Origin: Laetmonice hystrix | Lineage: Eukaryota | Direction: 5' to 3' | DNA: 64,000 nucleotides | Assembly: GCA_965235115.1 (NCBI GenBank) | Contig: OZ249436.1 | Coordinates: 59,520,001-59,584,000 of the forward strand | Shown: one piece after another, positions 26,946-40,300 of the stretch | Layout of the letters: each line of letters opens with the position of its first letter | Position numbering within the stretch: the first letter of the stretch is position 1 | Notes under the pieces: model-generated | What the model was told of the DNA's origin: nothing | Databases searched by the model: none | Seen by the model: only the letters and a program-made list of their open reading frames with translations | Position numbers and translations under genes: made by a program

Positions 26946-29900
26946 TGTGGGCTAGCAGGAATGGCAGGCCAGCTTCAGCAGCGTCTCTCAGGTGTGGAAT
27001 GTATGAAGCTCGACGCGTCTGTGATAAAACTATCGAGATGAGCCGCCAAGAGAAGGCAATTTCATGGGGTGATCAAAATACCGCTTTGGTAAGAATTACA
27101 TGCGGTCTGTATGCAATTGCTGCATGAAGAAAAAAGACCACGTATGTGCTCATTGACATTAAATTGTTCGAATTGTAGATACAATCATTCAATATTTATT
27201 AGATTTCTTTTCTATTTGGTATATTTAACAGAATCAAATAAACAAATTCGCTAAGAGACACTCCAAGTAAGAAAAAAACATCTGGAATTTGAGACATTTT
27301 GACAAACTGAAAGAACAACACATAATAGTGCATATCCCTATCTAGGAGAATAATATGCGAGAACTTTGAGTAGAATGAAGCGGGAGGAGCCGGATTAGGA
27401 TGGTCCGTGAACAGACTACACACATGTTGAATTATCCTTGACACACAGCCATCGGTGATGTGCATAAAAAGGGGGCAAAGTACAAGTTTCTGTGGGATGA
27501 AGTTATGTATCCCATCTCGTGTCTAGGTCAGTAGGGGCGGGGTGACACTGCATTGCACGCATGCAGACAGATATCATAACGGGGCAGGATGGGGGCAGAT
27601 GGATGTAGACATGGATTTATAACAGGGGACATTCCCACCGCCTTTAGTGGTAGCTCCGATGGTAACCCCGTTAATCCACTGTGTCCCACAAAATCTGAGC
27701 CCCCTGGCCTGGTAGGGTGAAGGGTGGGTGCCCCCATTATATTACCCCCCAGGGTTCCCATCTGGCCACGCCCATCATGGCACCCATAAGACACAACAGC
27801 TGGGGCCGGTCAGCGCGGAGGACCCCTGTAGGATTAACGCAGCGCGGCCCATAATGATCCCGGCCTTAGGTAATCCACCCACAACCCACACCCCGGCAGT
27901 CAGCTATAGCAGGTCCGGGAGGCAGGCATGCGCTAGTAGGGAAAAGACTCAAGTAAGAGACTGGACTGCTGTGAAGAAAAGGGCTGGACTGGTGTAAAGA
28001 ATTACGAGAATACGAGTAGGCATAATCCTCAAATCACTCCGAGTCACGAAAGGTCAGGCGGGTCTCCGGGGTGTGATTAAATAAGGCTTCACGGCGATTT
28101 ATTTTGGTGGAGTCGCTGGATCACTGATCAGCAGAATATTTTAAAAACATGAACGATATATTCTACTTACATTTCCTGGTGCGTTTAATTACATATTTCA
28201 TCACATGCCAAAGAAGTAGCTGCTTAGGGTTATTCTGTTCGGCAGATTCTGGGCTTGGGCTGTTGTGAAGTTGGTGCTGCTTTTGTCTGGGCCATGTTGG
28301 GAGCACGGCAACAAATGAAAGGGTCAATTACTGGACCATGTTTTCATTTAGAATGTCCCAAGGATAAGAGGGTGGCCAGTTGTAAGTCGGCTTTATTTCG
28401 GTGCTGATTTGAGTAGCTTGTGAGGCGAGGGGATGCTGTTGTCTTTAGCCAGGCAGGTGATCAGAAGATCTTAGAAAGCCCGTCGGTCACCCGGGGAAAG
28501 TTGGGTCATGAAAAGAAGCCATTGGCAGCTTACGAGGCCTGGAGGAGGACTACTTTATGGCCTCCTATGTTAATGAAAAGGATGGAGAGAGGGTGATTGC
28601 CATGAAGGGTGGCCGAATGACCGTCATCTCGACAATGGCCCGCCATCAGCACCGAGTCGGCACTGACATGATGGTGATGTTACGCTGTAAATGAAATGTA
28701 ACGGTTTAATATTGGGGGCGGCGGTAGGGATGTAGCAGCAGGGGACTGACTTGTGAACAATATCCCGACTGATCAATGTGGCACCGACAGCTGCGGCGGC
28801 GGCACTAGGTAATAGGGACGGGGTATGAAATCTTCAAAGGGAACTCTTAGCACAGGTTGTAGGCAAGATTTCATATGAATTCATATGACAGTTGTGTCAA
28901 ATTACCAGACAGCCGTGGCCTTGATAAATTCAATGTCGGGGCTGAAACAAACCCTGCCACAATCGTGTTGGCCGCAAAATTTGCAGGAAGAAAGATTTTA
29001 GTAAGGTCTACCTAATGGAAACGTGAAAAGGCCGAGAATAAATATGTTCAATGTTAATGATTGTGAGATTTTCCCCTGTCATGGTACAATAAAAGGGGTA
29101 GGTGATGTGCAAAGGAAAAAGCGACCCCAGTAAGAGACTCATCTCAAGCAGATTAACTGGGTCAGCCCACAAACAGTGGCATGACACGCGATCTCCGATT
29201 GAAGGTCCAAAAGGGTCACATTAGTCATATCCCTACACTTGAGCAACATGCGGAGCGTTGCCACAGAATGTGTGTATCGGGTGCTGCAGGATTACGTGAA
29301 GATGATGTCAGGAACGATGAAGGATGCAGCCAGATTAAGGAGAGGTCGTTTTGGGGGAGTCACTTTGAGATGAGCTCGTATCAGATGTGTGGCTGGGTAT
29401 CATGCAAACAACGCTCAACTGTGCATACCCCGACATAAACACGCGCACATGTCAACAGTGGCTGCACGCAACGTTTGGTCAGCTGGACGTTGAGAAGGAG
29501 ATGGTCCCAGTTCAGTAATAGCCAACAACCATGTGACATCCTGAAGGGGGGGGGGCAGCCTTTCCGCTTTAACTCATTGTTTTGGGAAAATATCTCCGGA
29601 AAGTCTCAAACGGACATGCTGACATATGTGTACTGACAGTGCCATGATGAGTGTTGACCAGTTGTAGAGAGGTGGAATAGGATTGGGTCACGGCCAGAAG
29701 CGACATCTGGCAATTGGAGGTTATTCAGGCCTAAACGTAGATTCTACCCCGGGTCCAGTGCCCTTTGATCGGCAGTCAGTCAATCCCAGGAACATCAGAA
29801 ATTCAGATTTTCTGTTTCGACACACCGTACTTCCACACCCCATAAATGGCGGTGTTTTTCGGAAGTATATTAATATATTTAAAAAAGAGTCTCCAATCTC

Positions 29901-30454
29901 CAAAGTCGTTTGGAAGTCGTTGTATTTCAGCAACTCATACAGAAAGAACGCTTACATTATAGTTTCTTTTTAACAACAAAAAAAGGGGTCCATTCTTTCC
30001 TTGGCTTTACTGAAATGAAAAAGTTATTTAGAGTAATGTCAGCTGAGAACAAAGGTTCTGCTGCTGTTCACACCACCTCCATCAGGGAGCCAAGTAATAA
30101 ATGAAAAAAGGACTATCCACTGATAATACATCCTGATAATGGGTTATGATATGTGATCTGGCTAAGGAGAGATTGCACGCCCATCAAAAAAGAGACAACC
30201 TAGGTTTTCTTGCAATGTTGGAACAGGATGGTCTTGTGATGACGCAAGGCATCTGCTGAGGATCAGGTCTCACAGTTTCAACATATGTCTTCTTTCTTCT
30301 TCTTTAGGTTTTTTTTCTGCTGATGAATTTGCAATTGTTTTGCACTCTCCTTTTAGTTATGTTTAGTTTGCTGGCTGGTTCTACTGGAAGTTGACTATCA
30401 TTGATAGAAGTGGTGTGCAGGAGGCGAAGGAGACCCTAAACTGGGATTACTTAC

Positions 30455-30530
30455 CTTCATCTGTTTGTCCCAAGATTGAAAGTGGGTGATATCCATTTTA
30501 TTGAGGCTCGCTGTCAGTGACGGTTACTGG
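30455..30530 (-). ncRNA. Candidate internal exon of an antisense non-coding transcript
   Basis: Minus strand: branch CTCTAAC (30557-30551), acceptor attattttcAG at 30531, a 76-nt exon with stops in all three frames, then donor AAG|GTAAGT at 30454. An upstream minus-strand donor CAG|GTAAGT lies at 30844. Confidence 0.3.
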
Positions 30531-33500
30531 CTGAAAATAATGCTGACTGTGTTAGAGTCTGAGCAGTAAGGCTCAGTTATATTAGGCTGATTTTGTATGA
30601 CCAAAACTCAGACCAAGGTATCTTATTGGGTCCAAACTGAAGACATTTCGAGTGGTATGAATGATTTACTGCCCAATTCGTGCTCCCTGCCCATGGTCAT
30701 AAATCACGGCCCAGACTAGATCAGTGCATGCTTCACGCTGTATTTACACACCACGGGCTTCCTTCAGCAAATGATAATATGTCCAGCGAGCGAACTGGAC
30801 GAGACACCGGCCAAAAAAATTCAAACTGACCGAGACTGACTTACCTGAACCATGAACCGTGACGATTCTGTTTGGGTCAAAAACCGTTGGAAATGGTAGG
30901 GTCGGACCGCTGGCCAGCAGTTGTCATCGGAAGGTAAGGGGCGTTCACGCTGACCACTGGTCGCACAGGGGGAAACAGATGGTTTCAGCCAACGTTCATT
31001 GTGATATATGGACCCCAGCTTGAACGCCGCACCGCTGGCAACCTACACTTGTAAGCTGCTTTCATGTGGTTTTTATCAGCTTGATTAAAAGTAATGAGCC
31101 TTAGAACTGGCTACATTTCCGACGGTGGGAAGACTTCCACAACGATAAGGTGGTGATTATTTCTCTGTATCAGTGTCGTAATGTACAATGATTCTGTCAC
31201 CAGTATCGACTGACCCTTGCCTACAATGCCAGAATAGGTCAGTATGTCCACGTGAAGGCTTTTAATTCCGGTTGAATTAGTAAGATGATTTTTCAGGGTG
31301 GTACTATATGAAAGCAACCGGAGCCAATAGACGAAGATGGTCTCATTACCTGTTGGTGGTTTGTTCATCAAGCCTATTACTAGGATATCGATGTGAGCTA
31401 ATATTTGGTAAAGTTAGGTGGCAAAGCTATGGGCAGGTAAGGAAAATTGGCAATACGTATTCATGATACGGTTATAAGCTTCGTTTCATGAAAATTTGTG
31501 CCTGAACATTTGTCTTATAAATAAGCTTGCCTCTTGCATACTTACAACATGTACGCTCAATCCTGTAATTTTGAAACCTGATCTGCTTAAAGTGCATATA
31601 AGAAAAAGAGAGCATCGTCTAAGACAAAGAGAGAGTCTTTGAAGTCGATTTAGACTGAGCAGCCACGCCCATCATGTGGGCATAGTATGGATTTAAAATA
31701 CATGAACATTGAAACTTGGAAAAATAACAAGAAAGCAAAGTAAAAAAAGACATATCAGAATCCACCTTCGTTAAACTGGCGAGCCATGCATGACTTCAGG
31801 GAATTAAATAGAATATAGCTTCATTAGGTAGCTATGATCCGTCAGTAAGTTTGGCATTTGGAGTCTTTTCGTCAGGTCAATCGTAAGGGCCAACTGCTCC
31901 GTTACAAAACATTATATTAACAATAATGCAATCGGCAACTGAAGCTCTTTCACTTGAGAACGTGTGGAGAGAATTCTATCTGTAATGGATATCTATTGCA
32001 GATTAATACGGACTTTCCTAGTTTTTCTTTAGTATGTCTTTCCTCATAACAGTTTCAGTGGAAAGAGTCATGTCATCTCATCAAAAGTTTGTTAAAAGTG
32101 ATATGTCCTATCAGAGCCAATGAACATTATAATTTCTTTTCTTCTAAGTTTCTCATTGAAATAACTACGGCATAAGCGCAGGCATGCATGAGAGCTGCTC
32201 TATACGTGTATCTGCATAGGTTATGCAGAGCCGCTGTCGGGAGAGGTTTTTTCCGCCCCCCGAAGTGCAGATCTGTCATGGCCTGACGACCGGCAAAACG
32301 GAACAAGTACAACATGCACAGTCATACTCTGCAGTGGAGGACCTTTCCCCCTTCCCTGCCCTACACAACATGTCCCATATCATAACTTTATAAACTTGGC
32401 AAGCTCGTCCCTCAGTCCACACAGTTTGCTGTTCCGGATTTGTTTGACAGTTCTAGATTACTGACTGAGTGCGATGGCATAAGGCACATGGCAACTATTT
32501 ATCAGGCAGACGCTGTCCGCCTCGTGGGGGGAACCTAGTCGCCTCTGTAACGGATGGCGAAACAATCACAAGTTTTTGTGAGCATGCTGTAAATTTTGTA
32601 ATAACATAATAAAGAAGTTGCAAGTCTGTAACACTTCTCAGCTGGCACTCAAAAGGACATCTTGACCCAAGCTCCCATCTGGCCACGGCTCACTCAAAAC
32701 GCTGGCCGAAAAGGGCTTCACTGCATCAGATCAAATGTTTCTCAAGATTTGAAAAAGCATGAAACTTGCATTCTTTCAAAAGTTTACAGAAAAATTTAAA
32801 ATAGTTTTAGCATGAGCGAATGTTTGTAAGAGAACTTGAAGAAGTCGCTGACCGTACGAGGGTTGCTAAGTTACAGAAAGGTTCTGCTCCTGCTGTGTTG
32901 TGTGCACCGAATTCCTAGAGGTTGTACGCAGATTGCGATGGCAATGATGCTTGGCCAGTGTCGGTGGTGGAGTCTGGATAGGCAGGATAGGCAGGAACTG
33001 GTGGGGGCCGGTGGGGGGGGGGGGGGGGGGTGGCGGCAGCGGGACGGCGTACCACCTCAGAGCTCGGAGATGGGGGTCAGGGCAAACGAATGGACCGACA
33101 GTGGACCATGTATTCTTCACCTGGGTGTGGTCCACGCAATCACCCGCTCAGAGCAAGCCACTCATAACCCTAAACACACCGGTAAAATTGAAGAAAAGAA
33201 GGCAAGCTATGTAAACGCTAAAAAGAGGAGAGGGAGATAAGAAGCAAGGTAGCTGGTAAGGAAAAGGTCTTATGCCATTTTGATATCCTGTATCAAAGAT
33301 TGATATCCTCCCGCAAACATCAATACAGAGCAATTACAAAGAAAAGAAAGGAAAAGAAAAACCGAATCTAAAATGAGCTTTTCCCCAAAATACAAAGGGG
33401 CAAAGATCGTTAGTTGAAAACAAAGGTCCACGTCCGGTAAAATTGTTTGTGATGTGCAGCATGCCGGGCCAACATGTTTTGTGGCTTCATGGCGCATGAC

Positions 33501-34175
33501 TTTCCCCTAGTAATGGAAATGCTATAGTTGTAGTCGGTTCTCTGTGTACAAGAACTTGTCTGTGGCAAGTACAGGAATGTTGGGGTGAAATATGATTACC
33601 TCAACATCGCAGTCTGTCGGAAACTGGCGTGTTCTTCGGTCGAACTTTCTAGTTTGATCATCAGCAGGATCCAAGTGAATTACTGAGTTATAAATATATG
33701 GAGGATAAACGGAGTTAAACTCTATAAAAATGTGTCGAAGTAAAGGATACACATGGGACGGATGCCAAAGGTTCATGTATTGATTAGCCTAATACGGTAT
33801 AACCGGATGCGTTGGATGTAAACACGAACCATATACATTTGTACGGTGGGGGGGGGGGGGGGCTATACTTGTTAGCCTAGCTTCAACTTGGTAGAATCTT
33901 TATCTTAAGTAAAAGCAAATGAGTAAATATAGGGATTTGACATACAGGTTGACAGTGTGACAGCAGTGCACACTGCTCATAAAGTTCTTTTTCCATGCGT
34001 TTGTATTTCAAGGATTTCTTCAGATAGATTGGACAAACTGGACATACATCTACAGACAGAAGTTGATATATGCCTGGGCATTGATATGATTTTTTTTCTT
34101 CTGTTATATATTGATTTGATTTCACCTCTTTCGAAGTTTTCTGTAGTTACATTACAATTGTTCCGTTATTTAATC

Positions 34176-34223
34176 TATTATTATTATTATTATGATTTTT
34201 ATTATCATTATTATTATTATTAT
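34176..34223 (+). repeat. TAT trinucleotide microsatellite
   Basis: tattattattattattatgatttttattatcattattattattattat. Confidence 0.88.
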
Positions 34224-34936
34224 TTGTTTCATATTGTTTCCCATGCTTTTATCATCTGTCATGAGCACTTCTCGCCAGTTTTAAGCCTTAAAGATGGAGA
34301 AAAGGGAATTTCTTTGGGGTTGGTTTCATAAAGTTTATCTTTAAAATTTTGAGGGTAGAATGCCATTTTTATGGGTTATTGTTTTAAACATCAAGGAACA
34401 TAATTATTTATGTGATAACTCGGTGAAATTCTAAGTATGTGAAATAACACCCCTTCTGAGAACATAACCTTCCTTCCCAACCTTGATGCACCTGCTTCCA
34501 CCCCCACCTGGCCCAATCCTTACCCCCCCCCCCCCCTCCAAAAAAAAAAAGAAAAAAAGAGAGAAAATGATCTCCATGTACGTTTGCAGTAAGACTACCT
34601 ACTTATGAAAATATAGAGCAGAATGATTAATTAAAAGTTCCTCAACTTTGATCTACGCTATTGCATATGCATAGTTATGGATATATGTAAATACCAGTAT
34701 TTATTAATCCCTTCTTGAGTAAATGATGACCTAATATGGTTTACATGCATATGGAAAAAGTATACAAGAAATATTAGCATAAGTTATGATGAAGATAGAT
34801 TGTTCATTAAATGCACCTTTTGCACATAGTATGATTTTTATTTTATTTTCACTATTTTTTCGTCTCTCTGTATATTTTCTTACTGCTTCTGTTTATGCTT
34901 TATTTTCACTGTGATATACCGGGCTTGTGTTTGTAG

Positions 34937-35014
34937 AATGGTGCTGGTAGACTTCACAATGGCGCCGCTATGCTCTTCCACTCTTTGGCCAGCTCCCTCG
35001 CGCATCCAAACAAG
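34937..35014 (+). CDS. Candidate alternative (cassette) TCF exon, 78 nt, phase 0-0
   Basis: Long T-rich tract 34850-34936 ending tgtttgtAG, a GC-rich 78-nt block, then donor AAG|GTAAAC at 35015. Stop-free in the exon-3 frame: NGAGRLHNGAAMLFHSLASSLAHPNK. Confidence 0.45.
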
Positions 35015-37334
35015 GTAAACCATAGACACTGTTGTTTCTCTAGCTTCTGTTTCACCTGCCCTTGGCTGCCGGCAAATGCTCACCGGGTCCAGGCATATGG
35101 TTGGAGAAAAAAAGCGCGGACCCCAAGCAAGAAGACAGAAGATAAGAAAAAATCTGATTATGGATTTGACTTGTACCATGAGGTTCTGAACATGGAGAAA
35201 AGAAACATAAACGCAGAGGCACTGGAGGGCAAACAGACCTAGCTGAAAGTAAAGGAAGAAAGAAATCCTTGTCACTCACATGTTGTAGTAAGAGAATTTT
35301 TGTCGGGTTTCCGTTTGTTCTCCAAACAAAAAAACCTCATAATTTTAGTTTCAAATATGTCGGAGATCTTAGTTATTACTTTGACTGGTTTGAGGAGAAA
35401 GGCAGGTTTTAAGCTCGAACTGTCCAGCTGAGTTAGCTCGTTAATTCAAATACCACCGTTCGAAGGCACAGACCTGTTTTACAGAGTTGTTGTAAGTTGG
35501 TGACACGTAGGAGCAGATTTATAGGAAATACAGCGTAATGGGAAGCAGACCCTGAGAGGACTGATATAGTGGAGGAGGAAGGTCAAAAAGCTATCTGGCA
35601 AGGAGGGATGGTGGTTGTTTTCAAGCACCACATCTCAGTGAGTCTCTTGTTCCATGCAAGTTATAAACTCCAGCCATTGCGTGAAACTTTGTAACTAATT
35701 TAAAATGGCAAGAACTTTCCAATGAGAATTGGCTCAGAAGATATAAAAAACAAAAATTAGGTATAAAGATAGAAATATTGGAAAACGACGGTGAACCAAA
35801 TAAATAGTTCAGGTGATGATCTATGTTTAGATGGAAATTTTTATCAGTGGCTGTGAAAGAAACCTGTAGGTGTCATAGTTTTTTTTCTGGGGGCTGGTTC
35901 AGTGAGACTGCTTCTAAAGTTTGAGTGTAGTGGTGTGGGAACGATTAGAGTTGGTGAAAGTGCAGGTCGGCCGGGGCGGGAGGCATGAGGGGTGTGCATG
36001 TTTTCCTACGGCTCTCCGTCAGCAGGCTTTACCCTGTACAATGTATCCTCACAAATATGCTCACTATCAGAAACACATGCGCCACTCCAAGCAACCAGCT
36101 ATGCACCAGGGCCTGGCCACTATGAACCAAAGATGGGACGGCCCTATCCTAAATGCATTCTGGTCTTCCGGCTTGTTCCTCATGCTCGCTTCACAAACCT
36201 GTCCCACTCTTTTTGTCCCAACCTGAAAGAGTATCTGAGTGAAAACCATGCAGAGATCCTTGCACCAACATCTCAGTTTGCCGTTTCAGATTGGTGCTTG
36301 TAATGTCATTGAATACGAGGGAAATGGTGCTGGGATTGCAGGGGGCTGTACTGGTGTACAGATTTATTTATTTGTTCAGGCTGGTAGGCCTCCTTTCTGC
36401 CAGACACATTACTTTGTGGCTGTCTTCTCAGTTTCGACAAGAAATTTTAGTCGCATTCAGTCTTCATTGGCATTCACAGCCAGGGCTTAAGCCTTGTGTT
36501 TTGTGCATTCAGAGGTCAGTGCGTGTTAGCCGGGAGGAGGAGTTTTGGCGTTTGCTCAAGTCCAAAAAGAGAGCAGCAAGCTATAGCTGAGGGTCGATGA
36601 CAAGGACCCTGGCAAACATTTCACCTTGCTGAAAATATCTGTAGTGGCAAGATCAGCAGATAAACACGATGTGTGGGTGTGTGTGTGCAAACAGCAGAGG
36701 TTGCGACACGGTGTTGTCGTCTTGCAGGGCAAGCTGACACCTTGGCATTGTGTTCAGGCTCCTGCAAATATGGAGTGATTTAAGCCAGTGATATTGGGAC
36801 TGGTTCCAGTCGACACTATTGATCCCTCATGCCGAGGACACCAGTGAGAGATTTGCTCCTGCTCTGCCAAAGTGGCGAGCTCAGGGTGCCTATTTGATGA
36901 GCAAATGATTTCATTTCTCAATATTTGTGTAGCTGCGCACTTCCAACAAGGCTGCTGGGGCCACGGAAAGGAGAGTATAGGCCACGAGAGAACTACGGCC
37001 TTGGACTGAAAAAATGTTGCACACAGACGGCTCGGTTTATATGACAAATGTAACCTGACCGCTTGGGCACAAGACCCTAGAAGTTTTCTGGGTAGATTCA
37101 AAGAGGGTGGCTTCTGAGATTGTGTTGTTACAGAAGCGGAGAAAGTCACAAATGTCAGTGGTGAAGCCTGCAAATGGCCATCTCCAGTAATGTTGCCCTG
37201 AGGAGGTCTGGATGGCCAGTCGTCCTGGGAAGAGGGACTTCATAACGCTCCGGGCGATACTGAGACTTCACTGGAATCGCGAGGTTTTTGTAGTGACATG
37301 GAGCGGCAGTCTGCCGACCCGACAGTCATATCAG

Positions 37335-37387
37335 CTGTCACTCAAACCTCCTGACAGCCAATTGTTTTGAAAGCGATCTGTCAATCA
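37335..37387. promoter_or_regulatory. TALE homeodomain (Meis/Pbx) site cluster
   Basis: CTGTCA 37335-37340, TGACAG 37352-37357, and CTGTCAATCA 37378-37387, which is the reverse complement of the PBX-MEIS/PREP decamer TGATTGACAG. Confidence 0.35.
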
Positions 37388-40300
37388 ATTCCTTGTGTCA
37401 GTGGGCAAGACACTTACCTTCGGTGTATGACGCTCAGAAAAAGGCGCTTAAAACCTTGCTTTCAATTTCAAATACTTGTTATTCGGGAACACATTGACTG
37501 TGCATATTTACTTTGAGTATACTAGAGAGGCACAAGTGCAAGGACCTCTTGATATGTACATACGGAGTTCGGTATAACATGAGAAGAATGACTAAATCTG
37601 TGTGGGTCGCTCCTACCAGGGACTTGTTCACACATCCTCACATCAAATGCTGTGCAGATAAATCGAAGCAAATGGCCCATACCCATCAAGTGCTCATTAA
37701 ACAAGTGGCTAGAAGAAAGGCTATGCAGTAGGAGGCAAGTTGATGATCAGCCCTAAAACCCTGGCATTAGGTGCGATGTTCTTGCACAACCAGCTCGCCA
37801 GGAGCTCTCCCAATAGTACCCATATCGTTAGGGCCTGGATCAACGAGCGCCACGAGTCGGCGAGTCGCACAGCCAAGATGCTGGTGTTTTGTAGCCTTGC
37901 TTGTTAGTGCGAGGAAGGGGACCCGTATTAATGGCGGATTGGGCAGATTGGAAATAGTGATGGCATTATAGGCCATTGTTAGGAAGGGGATCTGGGGCCG
38001 GAAGTCCTGTCTTCTTTGCCTTTCAAGAGATCCAACGGGGCCCGTCCGAGCCGCCTCCGCCAGCGGGTGGCACCCCCCCCCCCCCCCGTCTCCACCCCAC
38101 ACTCAAGTGGCCGTGCTCTCCTCTCGGCAGTCACGGTAATACGGATTTAGCACCCAGAAATCTTCATTTGGAATTAAGACTCCGAGAGCCTTTGTTGGTG
38201 GGAAGGAGGGGAGCAACGTTTGTTACTAGATAGAGATATCATTAGGCGGCACGTCTTTTGTGATGTTGAAAACAGCCCAGCAGGGAACTGGTCTTTCTTG
38301 AGAATGGATTTTAATAGGGATCAGATGATGTAAGCATGCAAAAAGGGCTAGATGGTAAAATGACGAAATGTTTAATCTGTAAATTGTAATAGACTCTCGG
38401 TGATGAAGTCACGAGCTTTAGGTTTTGATAGAGATCCGTGTGATATCATGCATTCATACGGGATTGTTGAATGAAATGAAGACCATACTAGTAGGATTTG
38501 CTGAAGCCATGTAGCTGATGAAATGTATGGTTGAGAGATCTTGATTATTTGTGATTCGAAATGTAATGAAATAAGTACACAATGTACCCCTTTAGTCGAC
38601 AGGCATTGTGCACAGAATAAAAACAGGTATCTCGTGCGGCTGAAGTTAGCGTCGAGTTTCTTAGTGACAATTGTAAGAGAATGGAAAACGAGAATGGAAA
38701 ACGAGATATGGTTTGCAAGATGTTCTCTGGCTTCTTTATGTGACAGGACGATTACTGTCAGGCACAGGAAGGCTCGTGCTGCTGTGACCACATTGAATGA
38801 TGCTCACAAGCGTTTATTTACCTCAAGAACGCTACGCTGTATGCCGACCTAAAGAGAACGATCTGAAGAGAACGACAAACTTGCCGAATTTGTTTTAATC
38901 GGCGTATATCAGAAGTATCCAGAAATAAGTGCATCTGAGAGGTTTTGACGTTTTTCTTAAAAACAGATTTGGATGTGTCAGCCATTGTTCAGTGTAAAAG
39001 GTCAGAGGAAGAGAACAAAGTAAACCACACCCTTTGAAGTGGTAATGTTGGGTTGTTTTATAGGTCACACCATCTGATTCTGTCCTCATGTGTCAGCGTG
39101 TGTCCTAGTTTTGGTGGGGTGGAAGTTCAGTGCCTTCATCAGTGTCGCCTGTCTCCGCAGCCGCACTCTTGGTGTTGTGATTGACGAGAAGGCTGGGGGT
39201 ATCAGGTTTGTGGGCCGTCCATCTTGGCTGGAGCATGCTGGGAAAGCAACCTGATTGATAAAGTGCAGTTGGGGACCCTATATACGGGCGCCACAGGGGG
39301 GCCAGGATTGGTTTTCTTGGCCGGGCGCTAAGGAAGTGCCAGAAGAAGTTTGCATTACACTGCCGACACAGGGATACAGGAGCCTGGGAGCAGGGCGAGC
39401 GCTTTGTTTATAGACGCTTCACTGGAATCCTCCCAGACTGGAGGCTTCTCCTTGGGCAGTCGTCAGTCTCTTGCCGAGATGCATCTGGTCACAAATGTCA
39501 ACCCGCCCAGAGATTAAAACTTGCTGATTAGTCGGCTTATGATCCCGCCTACTCGGCCCTTTACAAACCAGGTGATTGTTAACGGTTGTAATGTAGACGC
39601 TCGTGAACGAAAAGGCGATACCTATTCCTTGGAAATATGTATGATAGATGTAAAGCAAGATTTCTAATGTAAAATCCGCCTTCTCAGGGTTCCACACAGG
39701 AAGGAAAAAAATTCAATATTTGTCCGCACTTGCGTCTTGGTCACATTAGAAATGATGAAAGAAATACCTTTTAGTATTTTTTAACGAATGGAAGTTATCG
39801 TGACTGAGAGAAAAGGGAGCCTCATCATGCGTTATTACGTGATAATTATCCTCTTTGTTTCATCCTCATCCAAATTAATTCAGTCCACCTTGGAGATTAA
39901 TTACGATATCTGACCCAGAACGTCATCGTGAGATTCCTTGCACCAAGAGATGAGGCATTATTGTGAAACAATATTCATTCCAGGTTTGTGGAAGTTTGGC
40001 ATTTATAAAATGCAGCAAGCAGGACAATTTGTGTATATGATCTGATGTTACAGATGTACAAAATGTGGACTGAGGGGTCATGTTGATCGTTCAGCGCACA
40101 TGGACACTTCATTGTTGCATGAAATATTGGCGGTTAGAATCACTGACCGGGTGACAAGCTACAAACCCATCCATTCTCCCAGTTAAGCGTCTTTATGGAG
40201 GAGACCTTGGCATCATTACGACGGGCTAGAGGCACCTCCTCTTCTGACATAATTACCCCCAATAAAATATGGATCGGTGTGTGTTGGCATTGGTATCAGG

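Noticed and set aside
27728-27997. Pro/His-rich ORF (PPLYYPPGFPSGHAHH) resembling the TCF linker
   Set aside because: There is no pyrimidine-tract acceptor and no TCF motif match (PPPAHMG, IDPKTG). The composition is explained by local GC richness.
34258-34285. EHFSP peptide resembling TCF 'NEHFSP'
   Set aside because: The flanks (IICH...VLSL) do not match the TCF context, it sits beside a TAT microsatellite, and there is no matching exon structure.
35992-36303. ORF containing APGPGHYEPK, reminiscent of the SHIPPO/STPG PGPGxY repeat
   Set aside because: It is a single motif copy with no convincing splice sites or further repeats, so chance is likely.
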